The notes under the pieces are model-generated. The model ran no database searches, was not told the DNA's origin, and was given only the letters and a program-made list of their open reading frames with translations. A stretch of 64,000 bases of DNA from an uncultured Gemmatimonadales bacterium (lineage in GTDB: Bacteria; Gemmatimonadota; Gemmatimonadetes; Longimicrobiales; RSA9). Shown here piece after piece: positions 39,085 to 47,764 of the stretch; position 1 is the first letter of the stretch; each line of letters opens with the position of its first letter. Location of the stretch: NCBI GenBank assembly GCA_963741945.1, contig CAVUKA010000001.1, positions 1,152,001 to 1,216,000 on the forward strand, given 5' to 3'. Both the position numbers and the translations under genes were made by a program.

Positions 39085-39157
39085 GGGGCTGTAGCTCAGT
39101 TGGGAGAGCGCTGCAATCGCACTGCAGAGGTCAGGGGTTCGACTCCCCTCAGCTCCA
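39085..39157 (+). tRNA. tRNA-Ala(CGC)
   Basis: Cloverleaf, G3:U70, loop ATCGCAC. Confidence 0.95.
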
Positions 39158-39164
39158 CTGACGC

Positions 39165-39237
39165 GCCACCATAGCTCAGCTGGTAGAGCACATCATTCGT
39201 AATGATGGGGTCCGCGGTTCGAATCCGCGTGGTGGCT
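39165..39237 (+). tRNA. tRNA-Thr(CGT)
   Basis: Cloverleaf, loop TTCGTAA. Confidence 0.95.
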
Positions 39238-39249
39238 CTCGGGTGGTTC

Positions 39250-39312
39250 GGCGAGGAAGTGTGCGGGCGTAGCTCAGTTCTGTGAACGTGGAACGTTCAC
39301 AGACTCCGCCCG
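39250..39312 (+). pseudogene. Duplicated 5' fragment of tRNA-Gly fused to a palindrome
   Basis: 39250-39279 is identical to 39347-39376 (leader plus first 17 nt of tRNA-Gly), followed by TCTGTGAACGT-GGA-ACGTTCACAGA. Confidence 0.8.
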
Positions 39313-39359
39313 GATCCGGGAGAGGCTCACGCCCTCTCGGGTCGGTGGCGAGGAAGTGT

Positions 39360-39432
39360 GCGGGCGTAGCTCAGTTGGTAGAGCATCAGCTTCCCAAGCT
39401 GAGGGTCGCCGGTTCGAGCCCGGTCGCCCGCT
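39360..39432 (+). tRNA. tRNA-Gly(CCC)
   Basis: Cloverleaf, loop TTCCCAA. Confidence 0.95.
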
Positions 39433-39458
39433 CTGGCTCCACGAGAGCCGGTGGACAT

Positions 39459-39531
39459 TGCCCCTTGGTGTAACTGGCAACACGTCTGACTCTGGATCAG
39501 AAGAGTCCTGGTTCGAGCCCAGGAGGGGCAA
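39459..39531 (+). tRNA. tRNA-Gln(CTG)
   Basis: Cloverleaf, U1:A72, loop CTCTGGA. Confidence 0.95.
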
Positions 39532-39553
39532 CTGGAGAAAGCTACGAGGGTTG

Positions 39554-39640
39554 GGAGAGGTGGCCGAGTGGCTTAAGGCGGCGCCCTGCTAAGGCGTTTG
39601 GGCCGAAAGGCTCTCGAGGGTTCGAATCCCTCCCTCTCCG
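39554..39640 (+). tRNA. tRNA-Ser(GCT)
   Basis: Long variable arm, loop CTGCTAA, G73. Confidence 0.95.
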
Positions 39641-39650
39641 CTCGCCATCG

Positions 39651-39735
39651 GGACGGGTGTCCGAGCGGCTTAAGGAGCACGATTGGAAATCGTGTGGGGC
39701 GCAAGCTCTCGTGGGTTCGAATCCCACCCCGTCCG
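39651..39735 (+). tRNA. tRNA-Ser(GGA)
   Basis: Long variable arm, loop TTGGAAA, G73. Confidence 0.95.
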
Positions 39736-39808
39736 TAACGCCGCGCCGGCTCGTTCCGGAGTCGCCGGTACGTGTGTCGCACCGCTGGAGCTGGATCGAT
39801 GAGAGACT

Positions 39809-39882
39809 CGGGGAGTAGCTCAGCCCGGTAGAGCACTGCGTTCGGGACGCAGGGGTCGCAGGTTCAAATCCTGTCTCCCCGA
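39809..39882 (+). tRNA. tRNA-Pro(CGG)
   Basis: Cloverleaf, C1:G72, loop TTCGGGA. Confidence 0.95.
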
Positions 39883-39893
39883 CTGAGTCAGAG

Positions 39894-39930
39894 GAAAGCG
39901 CCGCAAGGGTTTAACCCCTGCGGCGCTTTC
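39894..39930. terminator. Hairpin ending the tRNA array, possibly bidirectional
   Basis: GAAAGCGCCGCAAGGG-TTTAA-CCCCTGCGGCGCTTTC between convergent units. Confidence 0.75.
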
Positions 39931-39968
39931 TGCGTTCGATCAATCTGCCGCCTTCGCGTTCCGGCCCG

Positions 39969-42900
39969 CTACGTCCCCGGCTCGTCGGGGCGTGCCGCCT
40001 TCTTCACGAACGGCGGGTGCGCGCTCGGTTTCACGTGGTCGGTGGCAAGCAGCCTCATGGCCTCGGCCACGGCGCGTTCGAGCTGGGGATCGCGGCCGGC
40101 GGCATAGGCTTTCGCATCGAAGTAGACGGGGATGTCGGGGGGGACGCCCTCGTTCTCGGCCACCCAGTGGTCGCCGGAGAAAACGGCGCTGCAGGGGGAA
40201 GTGATGTAGCCGCCGTCGACGAGAGCATAGGGCCTGCATGCGGCGACGAGGCCGCCCCAGGTGCGCTGGCCGATGAGCGGACCGATGCCAAGCTGGCGGA
40301 AGGCCCAGGGGAAGTAGTCGCCGCCGGAGCCGGCGAGCTCGTTGATGAGCAGCACCTTGGGCCCGAGGATCCCGGCCATGGGGAGGCGGTAGTCGGTACC
40401 GTGAGCGGCGTCGTTGGTGACGCCGCCGATGAGCGTGCGGCCCATGAGATCGACCATGTAGTCGTCGAGGAGCCCACCGCCGTTGAAGCGCTCGTCGATG
40501 ACCGCGCCGTCGCGGTCCTGCTGGGCAAAGAAGTAGCGGTTGAAGTTGACGAACCCGCTTCCGCCGGTGTTCGGCACCCAGACGTAGGCCAGCCGGCCAT
40601 TGGAGAGCGAGTCGACCATGCGGCGGTTGTCCTCGACCCACGCGCGCTGCCGGAGCGCGCCCTCGCTGCGCACCGGAACGACGGTGACCGTCCACGATCC
40701 GTCGAGCGCGGGCCGGCTGTTCAGGCGCAGCACCGTCTGCTGGTCGGCGGTCCCGTCCAGCCACTGGTACGGGTTGTCGGCAGCCGTGAGCTCGCGGCCG
40801 TTCACGGCCAGGAGGTAGTCGCCTTCGGACGCGTGCACACCCGGCGCGGCCAGCGGGGCCGAGAGCTCCGGGTTCCAGCTCTCCGCGGTCAGGATCCGCT
40901 GGATGCGCCAGCGGCCGTTGCGGACCACGAGGTCGGCGCCCAGCAGCCCGCCCCGCACCGTGTCCACGGCCGGGTAGTCGCCGCCGCCCGTGAAGCTGTG
41001 GCCGACGCTCAGCTCGCCGCCGACCTGATCGAGGATGTAGCGCAGGTCCTCGCGGCTCCGCACGTACGGCACGAGCGGGGCGTAGCGCGCGTGGACGGCC
41101 GCCCAGTCGGCGCCGTGGAGTCCCGGGTCATAGAAGAAGTCGCGCTCGATCCGCCACGCTTCCTCGAAAACCTGCCGCCATTCCTCGGCCGGGTCGACCC
41201 GCATCCGGAGTGCGACGTCGAGCTTTCCGTCGCCGGGCTTGGGCGGGGACCCTGTCCCGACGACGTGCCACGACGACCCCGACCGGTGGAGCAGCTTCGA
41301 CCCGTCGCGCGAGAGGGCGAAGCTGCGCGCGCCTTCCAGGAACGTGTCGTCCTTCCGCTTCTCCATGTCGAACCGATGCAGCGTGAGGCCGGGCGCGTTC
41401 TCCGGGCGCTCGGCCAGGAACACCACGCCTCGCGGCCCCGCGGCCAGCTCCACGTAGCGGCGCACGGGCAGCGGCAGCGCCACGATGCGCCGGGCGACGC
41501 CGGCCGTGTCGATGCGCACGTCCACGGCCGAGTCCGCGCCTCCCGTTTCCGACGGCAACGCCCGGGCGCCCGCGCCAGCGCCGCCGCCGGTGCCCGCCTG
41601 GGCGTCCGGGGCATGGCCCGGCTCGTCGTCGCTCTCGGGCATGAACGGGGTCCGGTCGTCGCTCCGCAGCACGGCCACATACGCGCCGTATGTGGGGTCC
41701 GCCTGCGCGTTGCTCAGGTTGGCCCATCCACTGGCGAGGCCGAGGTCGGTGCTGGCGAGGAAGTAGAGCCAGCGCCCGCCGGCGTCCCAGGCCGGGGAGA
41801 CGGCGTCGGCGAGCGGATCGGTAAGCGGCGTCGCCTTGCCGGTGTCCAGCGACCAGGCGACGATGCGGTGGAAGTGGTTCGCGTACTCCTTCGCGTACGC
41901 CAGCCATCTGGAGTCGGGGGACCAGGTCAGCCCGAGGCCGCGCCGGTTCTGGATCGTGCCGTCCACGTCCGCGGTGCGGAGCGTTCCGCTCGCCAGCTCC
42001 ATGACGTGGATCCGCGCTCGCTGGTCCACCCACGCCAGCCGCTGGCCGTCCGGTGACCATGTGGCCGACCACGCGTACTTCGTCTCGTCCCCCAGATCGA
42101 GCGCGCGGGCTTCCCCGAGCCCGTCCTGGTCACCGACCATCAGGCGGTAACCCTCGCCTGCATCGGAAAACCACGCCACTGTGGACCCGTCGGGCGACCA
42201 GAGGGGGGAGCGGTCGGCGGCGCCGGAGGAGCGCGTGAGGTTCCTCGGATCGCCCTTCTCCGCCGGAATCGTGAAGATCTCGCCCCGGGCCTCGAACAGC
42301 GCCCGCTTCCCGGTGGGTGAAAGCGAGGCCGACGCGATTTCGTCGCTCACGGCCTCCCAGTGGGGCGCCGCCCACGGGAATTCGCCGCGCACCGTCACAT
42401 CCAGCTTTCGCGCCTGACCGCTGCCAGGATCCAGGAGCCAGAGCCAGCCATCCTGCTCGAACGCCAGCGCATCGCTCGCGCCGCCGCCCAGCGCCTTCAC
42501 ATCGGCATCGGCGAAGCGGGTGACCTGCGCCAGGTCGCCCGTGGCCACGTCGTAGCGCCACACGTTCGTGGCATGGCCACGGTCGGAGAGGAACCAGATG
42601 CGATCCCCCAGCCATACCGGCTGTGTGTCGGTGGTGCGCTCATTGGGGAGCATCACCTCGGAGAGGTCGTCCAGGTCCAGGATGGTGAGCGCCGTGTTCT
42701 GGCCGCCACGGTAGTTCCGGAACTCACTGTCCCACCGCGGGACCCGGTCGATGACGAGCCGCCTCCCGTCGGGCGAGAACGACGCCCTCGCCGCCATGGG
42801 CTCCGGCACTTCATGCGACGGTCCCCCTTCCGCGGGAACGAGCCACAGCCGCGTGTATCCCACCGGCGCGGACGCTCGGGCGGACGCGTACAGGACTTCG

Positions 42901-43334
42901 TCGCCGTCTGGCGTCCAGCCGCGGGCTTCCGCGCCACCGCCCGGATACCACGTCAGGCGACGCGGCTCCCCACCCTGCGCGGCCACCACCCAGACCTGGT
43001 CCGATCCGGTCCGGTTGGACGTAAAGGCGATCTGCCTGCCATCGGGGGAGAAGTGCGGGCCGGTCTCGATGGCGGGAGTGGCCGTGAGTCGACGGGCCTC
43101 CCCACCCTGCCGTCCCACTACCCAGAGGTCGCCGCCGTACTCGAACGCGACCTCGGTGGCGGAGACGGTGGGGGATCGGAGGAGGCGCGTCGGCTGCCCC
43201 GGCGTACCCTGCCCCGCGAGCGGGCGACCGCCGCCGGTCGAGGACAGCGCGACACCTCCGAGGAGGGCCAGAAGGGCGAGGACGCGAACGCTGCGCGCCC
43301 GGGCGGGCGCGGGCCGGGAACGGGACGAAGGCAT
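39969..43334 (-). CDS. Tricorn-like S41 protease (beta-propellers, PDZ, catalytic domain)
   Basis: PD40-type SPDG repeats, GELSVGH, IDERFNGGG, GSGGDYFP, RTWGG and ENEGVPPD; signal peptide. Confidence 0.93.
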   Translation of the reverse strand: MPSSRSRPAPARARSVRVLALLALLGGVALSSTGGGRPLAGQGTPGQPTRLLRSPTVSATEVAFEYGGDLWVVGRQGGEARRLTATPAIETGPHFSPDGRQIAFTSNRTGSDQVWVVAAQGGEPRRLTWYPGGGAEARGWTPDGDEVLYASARASAPVGYTRLWLVPAEGGPSHEVPEPMAARASFSPDGRRLVIDRVPRWDSEFRNYRGGQNTALTILDLDDLSEVMLPNERTTDTQPVWLGDRIWFLSDRGHATNVWRYDVATGDLAQVTRFADADVKALGGGASDALAFEQDGWLWLLDPGSGQARKLDVTVRGEFPWAAPHWEAVSDEIASASLSPTGKRALFEARGEIFTIPAEKGDPRNLTRSSGAADRSPLWSPDGSTVAWFSDAGEGYRLMVGDQDGLGEARALDLGDETKYAWSATWSPDGQRLAWVDQRARIHVMELASGTLRTADVDGTIQNRRGLGLTWSPDSRWLAYAKEYANHFHRIVAWSLDTGKATPLTDPLADAVSPAWDAGGRWLYFLASTDLGLASGWANLSNAQADPTYGAYVAVLRSDDRTPFMPESDDEPGHAPDAQAGTGGGAGAGARALPSETGGADSAVDVRIDTAGVARRIVALPLPVRRYVELAAGPRGVVFLAERPENAPGLTLHRFDMEKRKDDTFLEGARSFALSRDGSKLLHRSGSSWHVVGTGSPPKPGDGKLDVALRMRVDPAEEWRQVFEEAWRIERDFFYDPGLHGADWAAVHARYAPLVPYVRSREDLRYILDQVGGELSVGHSFTGGGDYPAVDTVRGGLLGADLVVRNGRWRIQRILTAESWNPELSAPLAAPGVHASEGDYLLAVNGRELTAADNPYQWLDGTADQQTVLRLNSRPALDGSWTVTVVPVRSEGALRQRAWVEDNRRMVDSLSNGRLAYVWVPNTGGSGFVNFNRYFFAQQDRDGAVIDERFNGGGLLDDYMVDLMGRTLIGGVTNDAAHGTDYRLPMAGILGPKVLLINELAGSGGDYFPWAFRQLGIGPLIGQRTWGGLVAACRPYALVDGGYITSPCSAVFSGDHWVAENEGVPPDIPVYFDAKAYAAGRDPQLERAVAEAMRLLATDHVKPSAHPPFVKKAARPDEPGT

Positions 43335-43525
43335 GCGTCACCTCGTTTCGGAACGGGACCGTGTGTGCGGGGAGCACAACGTACGGTCTCGCCTCCGCCC
43401 GTGTCGAGGCGCCGCCGGGTGCGGGCGCAGCCGACGGGAGCGGGGCGCGGCGCCGGCCCCCGCTCCCCGCCCAGACGCCGCTCAGCCTCCGTTGTCCTGG
43501 AAGCCTTCGGCCGCGGCCGCCCGGG

Positions 43526-44101
43526 CTATGGTGTGCCCGGCTGCTGGATGTGGATGTCGCTCTCGTTCACGACCAGGAAGATCGGCTGCTGCTGCGCGAT
43601 GTTGCGGGTATCCTGGTCGAGGGGCACGCCCGGGACCTGCCCCAGGTAGTCGGGCCCGCGCAGCGTGCCGCCGGTGATCCGCAACCGCTGGCCGGGGTTG
43701 ATGTCCACCGGCTGCTCGTTGGGCTGGTCGATCACGATGGCGAACAGCCGGTTGCCGTTCTCTTCGAGCCAGAACCCGCGATCGGTGGGCACTTCGGGGA
43801 CGGACGCCTCCACAGTCGGGAGCGAGCGCCCCATGTATTCCTGCGGGTTGGCCGTGATGTCGCCGAACTGGACGTTCGGGCTGACCACATTGGCCGGCTC
43901 GGTGGTGGCGGGCGCACCCATGGCGCCGGTTTCCGCGGCCGGGGCCGCCGCACCCACGGGCGCGGTGACTTCCGCCACATCGCCGACGTCGTTGTTCGGC
44001 CAGGCCCACCAGACGATCAGCCCGATGATCAGCAGCCCCACCACCCACCAGACCCACCCGGCTCCGCCGCGCCGCCTGCGTTCCAGATCGATGTCCGCCA
44101 T
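43526..44101 (-). CDS. Hypothetical single-TM protein
   Basis: MADIDLERRRR then Trp-rich TM; GGAGG RBS; no family recognised. Confidence 0.75.
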   Translation of the reverse strand: MADIDLERRRRGGAGWVWWVVGLLIIGLIVWWAWPNNDVGDVAEVTAPVGAAAPAAETGAMGAPATTEPANVVSPNVQFGDITANPQEYMGRSLPTVEASVPEVPTDRGFWLEENGNRLFAIVIDQPNEQPVDINPGQRLRITGGTLRGPDYLGQVPGVPLDQDTRNIAQQQPIFLVVNESDIHIQQPGTP

Positions 44102-44168
44102 GCTGTCCTCCCTGTTCGTCGCCCTGTTCGTCGAAACTCTCTGCCTGCCGCGGGCTCGCCGCTTCGCT

Positions 44169-45035
44169 TCAGCGCGGCTCGGGTCCGCGCGGCAGGGTGT
44201 TCAGCTCCCGGGACCGGTAGCGCGGGTGCTCGTACTCCCGCTCGCCCGAATACGCCTCGTCGAATCGGCGGGTGAGGTCCCGCTCGAAGCCCCGGCCGAT
44301 GGGACCGCCCTCGTAGGCGGGAATACGGGCGAACCGATCCCGTTCCAGTCCGGTGAGCACCACCCGCTTCTCCGCCCGATCGACGTCGACGTGGCCGGTG
44401 GGGATCAGCACGTTGCGGCGTCCGCCCGGGACATCCTCGTCCAGCTCCACATCGAGGTAGCGCACTTTCATGGCGCCGGTGTCGCCGATGAGGTGCTCCA
44501 CGCGGCCCGTATGTCGGTCCGCCGCGTCCACCACCTCCCAGCCGCGCGGGTCCGGGTCGTGCTCGGCCACTTCGACGTCGTCCAGGCGGTCGACGCGCGC
44601 CACCGTCCTGTCCGGCTCCTCGAACTCCGTCCGCCTCCACGCGGCGCCGTAGTGGGCGCGCTGGTAGTAGTCCTCGTCGCGATAGGCGCGATCGTAGGCG
44701 GTGGTCAGTGACCGCGCGTAGTCGGACGTGATCCGCTTCGGCTCGTGGTCATACTTCGGCAGCGCGCGCACCGCGTCCCTGTCCAGCCCGGGCAGTCGGA
44801 TCACTCGCTCGGAAGCATCCACGCGCGTTTCACCGCTCGGCATCAGGATGTGGCCACCACCTTCCACATCCACGTCCACGAACCGCGCGCGGCCGTCCTC
44901 GGCCAGGAGCACGTCGTGGACCCGTCCCACCGTCTCTTCGTCGGCGCCCGTGCGCACTTCCCAGTCGCGCACGTCGTAGGCGTCTTCCCCGAAATGGACA
45001 TCCGGTCGCTCGGACAAAGGCTGGAATCGCGCCAC
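44169..45035 (-). CDS. Tandem PRC-barrel domain protein
   Basis: Two repeats (DVRDWEV...VGRVHDVL...RFVDV; DPRGWEV...GRVEHLI...RYLDV); AGGAGG RBS before GTG 45035. Confidence 0.85.
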   Translation of the reverse strand: MARFQPLSERPDVHFGEDAYDVRDWEVRTGADEETVGRVHDVLLAEDGRARFVDVDVEGGGHILMPSGETRVDASERVIRLPGLDRDAVRALPKYDHEPKRITSDYARSLTTAYDRAYRDEDYYQRAHYGAAWRRTEFEEPDRTVARVDRLDDVEVAEHDPDPRGWEVVDAADRHTGRVEHLIGDTGAMKVRYLDVELDEDVPGGRRNVLIPTGHVDVDRAEKRVVLTGLERDRFARIPAYEGGPIGRGFERDLTRRFDEAYSGEREYEHPRYRSRELNTLPRGPEPR

Positions 45036-45184
45036 GGGATCCTCCTCCTGTACTGGTGCTTCTGACGCGGGCCGCTCCGGGCCGCCACGGCGCCGACGAA
45101 CCGGTGCCGCGGGGCGGGCGGCCCGATCGTGAAGCATGCAAAAGAGGGTCCGGATCGGGACGGGTGTGGGGGTGGGGGTGGGGC

Positions 45185-45817
45185 TCAGCGGTAGTCGGCG
45201 AACGCGACCAGGGCGTCCGCCATCTCTTCCGCCGAGAGCAGCACGGGCTCGCCCGCCTGCAGCGCGCGCCAGTACAGCTCGGCCAGCCTTTCCACTCCCG
45301 CGGCCAGCTCCAGCGCGACCGGGAGCGAAGCGCCGATGGCGAGCATTCCGTGGTTGGCCAGCAGGCAGGCACGCCGGTCCCGGAGCGCCTCGACCGCGAG
45401 ATCGCCCAGCGCGGGGGTGCCGAACGTGGCGTAGCCGGAGCAGCGGATGGAGTCGCCGCCCGCGAGGGCGATCATGTAGTGGAAAGGCGGGATCCCGCGG
45501 CGCATCGTCGCAAGCGTGGTGCAGAAGGTCGAATGGGCATGGACGATGGCGTCGGCATCGGGCCGCGCCCGATAGATGGCCGCGTGCATCGGCCACTCGC
45601 TCGTGGGCTTCCGCTCTCCTTCCAGCACTCGCCCGTCCATGGCCACGCGCACGATGTCGGCGGTGCCCATCTCCGCGTACGGGAACGCCGAGGGTGTCAC
45701 GAGCATGCCGTCGTCCGCGCGCGCGCTCACGTTCCCGGACACACCGGGGCTCAGCCCCGTGTCGCTCATGCGACGGGCCGTCCGCACCACCGCCGCCCGC
45801 TGCGCCGTGTCCCTCAC
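45185..45817 (-). CDS. Class II aldolase (FucA/Ald2-like)
   Basis: SGNVSAR, PTSEWPMH, VHAHS, FHYMIA and LLANHG motifs; coupled to mtnA. Confidence 0.88.
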   Translation of the reverse strand: MRDTAQRAAVVRTARRMSDTGLSPGVSGNVSARADDGMLVTPSAFPYAEMGTADIVRVAMDGRVLEGERKPTSEWPMHAAIYRARPDADAIVHAHSTFCTTLATMRRGIPPFHYMIALAGGDSIRCSGYATFGTPALGDLAVEALRDRRACLLANHGMLAIGASLPVALELAAGVERLAELYWRALQAGEPVLLSAEEMADALVAFADYR

Positions 45818-46935
45818 CCGGGCCCCTCCACTGGCGCGGCCCGTCCGTCCGCGTGCTCCGGGAACAGCCGCCGCAGCCCTTCCGCAGTCGCGGGCGCAAC
45901 TCCGCGCTCGGTGATCAGCCCGGTGACGAGGCGCGCAGGCGTGACATCGAACGCCGGGTTCGCCACCGTCGATCCCGCCGGAATGACGCGCACGGCCGCC
46001 ACCTCCCCCGTGTCCGTTGCGCCGCGGACGTGGGAGACTTCCGAGCCGTCGCGCTCTTCGATCGGGATCTCACGGCCGTCCGCCAGCGTCCAGTCGATGG
46101 ACGACGATGGCGCCGCCACGTAGAAGGGCACGGCGTTGTCCCGCGCCGCCAGCGCTTTCAGGTACGTGCCGATCTTGTTCGCCGCGTCGCCCGCTGCCGT
46201 GGTGCGGTCCGTGCCCACCAGGCACACGTCCACCCTGCCGCGCTGCATGAGGTGGCCGCCGGCGTTGTCCACCACAATGGTGTGCGGCACGCCGTGGTGC
46301 CCGAGCTCCCACGCCGTCAGGCTCGCACCCTGGTTCCGCGGCCGCGTCTCGTCCACCCACACGTGCACGGGCACTCCGGACTCGTGCGCCAGGTAGATCG
46401 GCGCGGTGGCCGTTCCCCAGTCCACCGTGGCCAGCCATCCGGCGTTGCAGTGGGTCAGGATCTCCACCGGACGACCCGGGTTGCGTGCGGCCATCTCCCG
46501 GATCAGCTTCAGACCGTGCTCGCCAATGCGGCGGTTCCGCGCCACATCGGCGTCCGCGATCCCGGCGGCCAGGTGGTACGCGGCGGCCGCCCGGTCGGTC
46601 GGGGGGAGCGGCGACACGGCATCCGTGACCTGGTCCAGCGCCCAGCGCAGGTTGACGGCCGTGGGTCGGGTGGCCAGCAGGCGATCCCGGACGGCGGCGA
46701 GGGCCGCATCGGTGGCGCCGTTCCGGAGCGCCAGCGCCATCCCGTACGCGGCGGTGGCGCCGATGAGCGGGGCTCCGCGAACCTGCATGGTGGCGATGGC
46801 CCCGGCCGCGCCTTCCAGATCCACGAGGCGCACGAGCCGGAATTCGTGCGGCAGGAGGGTCTGGTCGACGATGCGGACGGACCACCCGTCGTCATCCAGG
46901 AAGATGCTGCGATAGCCGACCCCGTCTACCTTCAT
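45814..46935 (-). CDS. mtnA: S-methyl-5-thioribose-1-phosphate isomerase
   Basis: VRGAPLIG, RPTAVNL, THCNAGWLA, ETRPRNQG, NKIGTY and NPAFDVTP motifs. Confidence 0.95.
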   Translation of the reverse strand: MKVDGVGYRSIFLDDDGWSVRIVDQTLLPHEFRLVRLVDLEGAAGAIATMQVRGAPLIGATAAYGMALALRNGATDAALAAVRDRLLATRPTAVNLRWALDQVTDAVSPLPPTDRAAAAYHLAAGIADADVARNRRIGEHGLKLIREMAARNPGRPVEILTHCNAGWLATVDWGTATAPIYLAHESGVPVHVWVDETRPRNQGASLTAWELGHHGVPHTIVVDNAGGHLMQRGRVDVCLVGTDRTTAAGDAANKIGTYLKALAARDNAVPFYVAAPSSSIDWTLADGREIPIEERDGSEVSHVRGATDTGEVAAVRVIPAGSTVANPAFDVTPARLVTGLITERGVAPATAEGLRRLFPEHADGRAAPVEGPG

Positions 46936-47050
46936 GTCACCGCTTTCGGAAGCGCGTGGGCGCGCCGCCAGGCGGCCCGGGAGCGAACGATGGCGCACGG
47001 CCGCCGGACGGGGCAAGGGCCGGCCACACGGATCGGGGAACGGAGCGGGT

Positions 47051-47764
47051 ATGGACGTGCTGGGAATCGTGGGCGGGAGCGCATTCCTCGGGGGCGGCGA
47101 GCCGCCAGGCACGCGGCAGCGCGTGGTGGAGACGCCGCGCGGCAAGGTCGTGGCCCACATCGGCGATGGCTTCATCTTCCTGCTGCGCCACGGCCGGGAC
47201 CGCTATCGCCCGCCCCACCGCGTCACCCACCACGCCCACGCCCTCGCCTTCGAAGCGCTCGGCGTGCGCCGCGCCGTGGGCCTGTGCTCCGTGGGCGCGC
47301 TCGACCCCTCCCTCGATCCCGGGACGGCGGTTGTCCCTGACGACTATCTCTCCTTCCACGCACCACCCACCTTCGCCGAGGACGAGCGCCTGCACATCGT
47401 GCCCGTGCTGGATGAGCGACTCCGGCGCGCGCTCCTCCGTGTGGCGCGCGAAACGGACGGCCCCGTCCGCGATGGCGGCGTGTACGCCGAGACCCGCGGC
47501 CCCCGCTTCGAGACGCGGGCGGAGATCCGGCTGCTGGCCGATTACGCCCACGTCATCGGCATGACGGCCGCCTCCGAGGCCACACTCTTCCAGGAGCGGG
47601 GGATCCGCTACGCGGTGCTCGGGCTGGTGGACAACATGGCCAACGGCGTGGGAGCGACGGCGCTGACGCTGGACGCGTACGAGGCGCAGCTCGCCCGGAA
47701 CAGCGCCCGGGCGACGGCCATTGTGGCGATGCTGATCGAGCAGACGAACGGAGGCGGTGCGTGA
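47051..47764 (+). CDS. MTAP-family purine nucleoside phosphorylase (MTA/MTI phosphorylase)
   Basis: GIVGGS, RHG...PPH, GPRFETRAE, GMT and VDNMANG (DN variant suggests 6-oxopurine/MTI preference; inference). Confidence 0.85.
   Translation: MDVLGIVGGSAFLGGGEPPGTRQRVVETPRGKVVAHIGDGFIFLLRHGRDRYRPPHRVTHHAHALAFEALGVRRAVGLCSVGALDPSLDPGTAVVPDDYLSFHAPPTFAEDERLHIVPVLDERLRRALLRVARETDGPVRDGGVYAETRGPRFETRAEIRLLADYAHVIGMTAASEATLFQERGIRYAVLGLVDNMANGVGATALTLDAYEAQLARNSARATAIVAMLIEQTNGGGA

Noticed and set aside
37666-39836. Short ORFs in the ORF track
   Set aside because: They overlap clear tRNA genes and are shadow ORFs
45185-45817. mtnB call for the class II aldolase
   Set aside because: Motifs (PTSEWPMH, FHYMIA.AGG) look FucA/Ald2-like and no mtnC/D is adjacent, so the symbol was withheld
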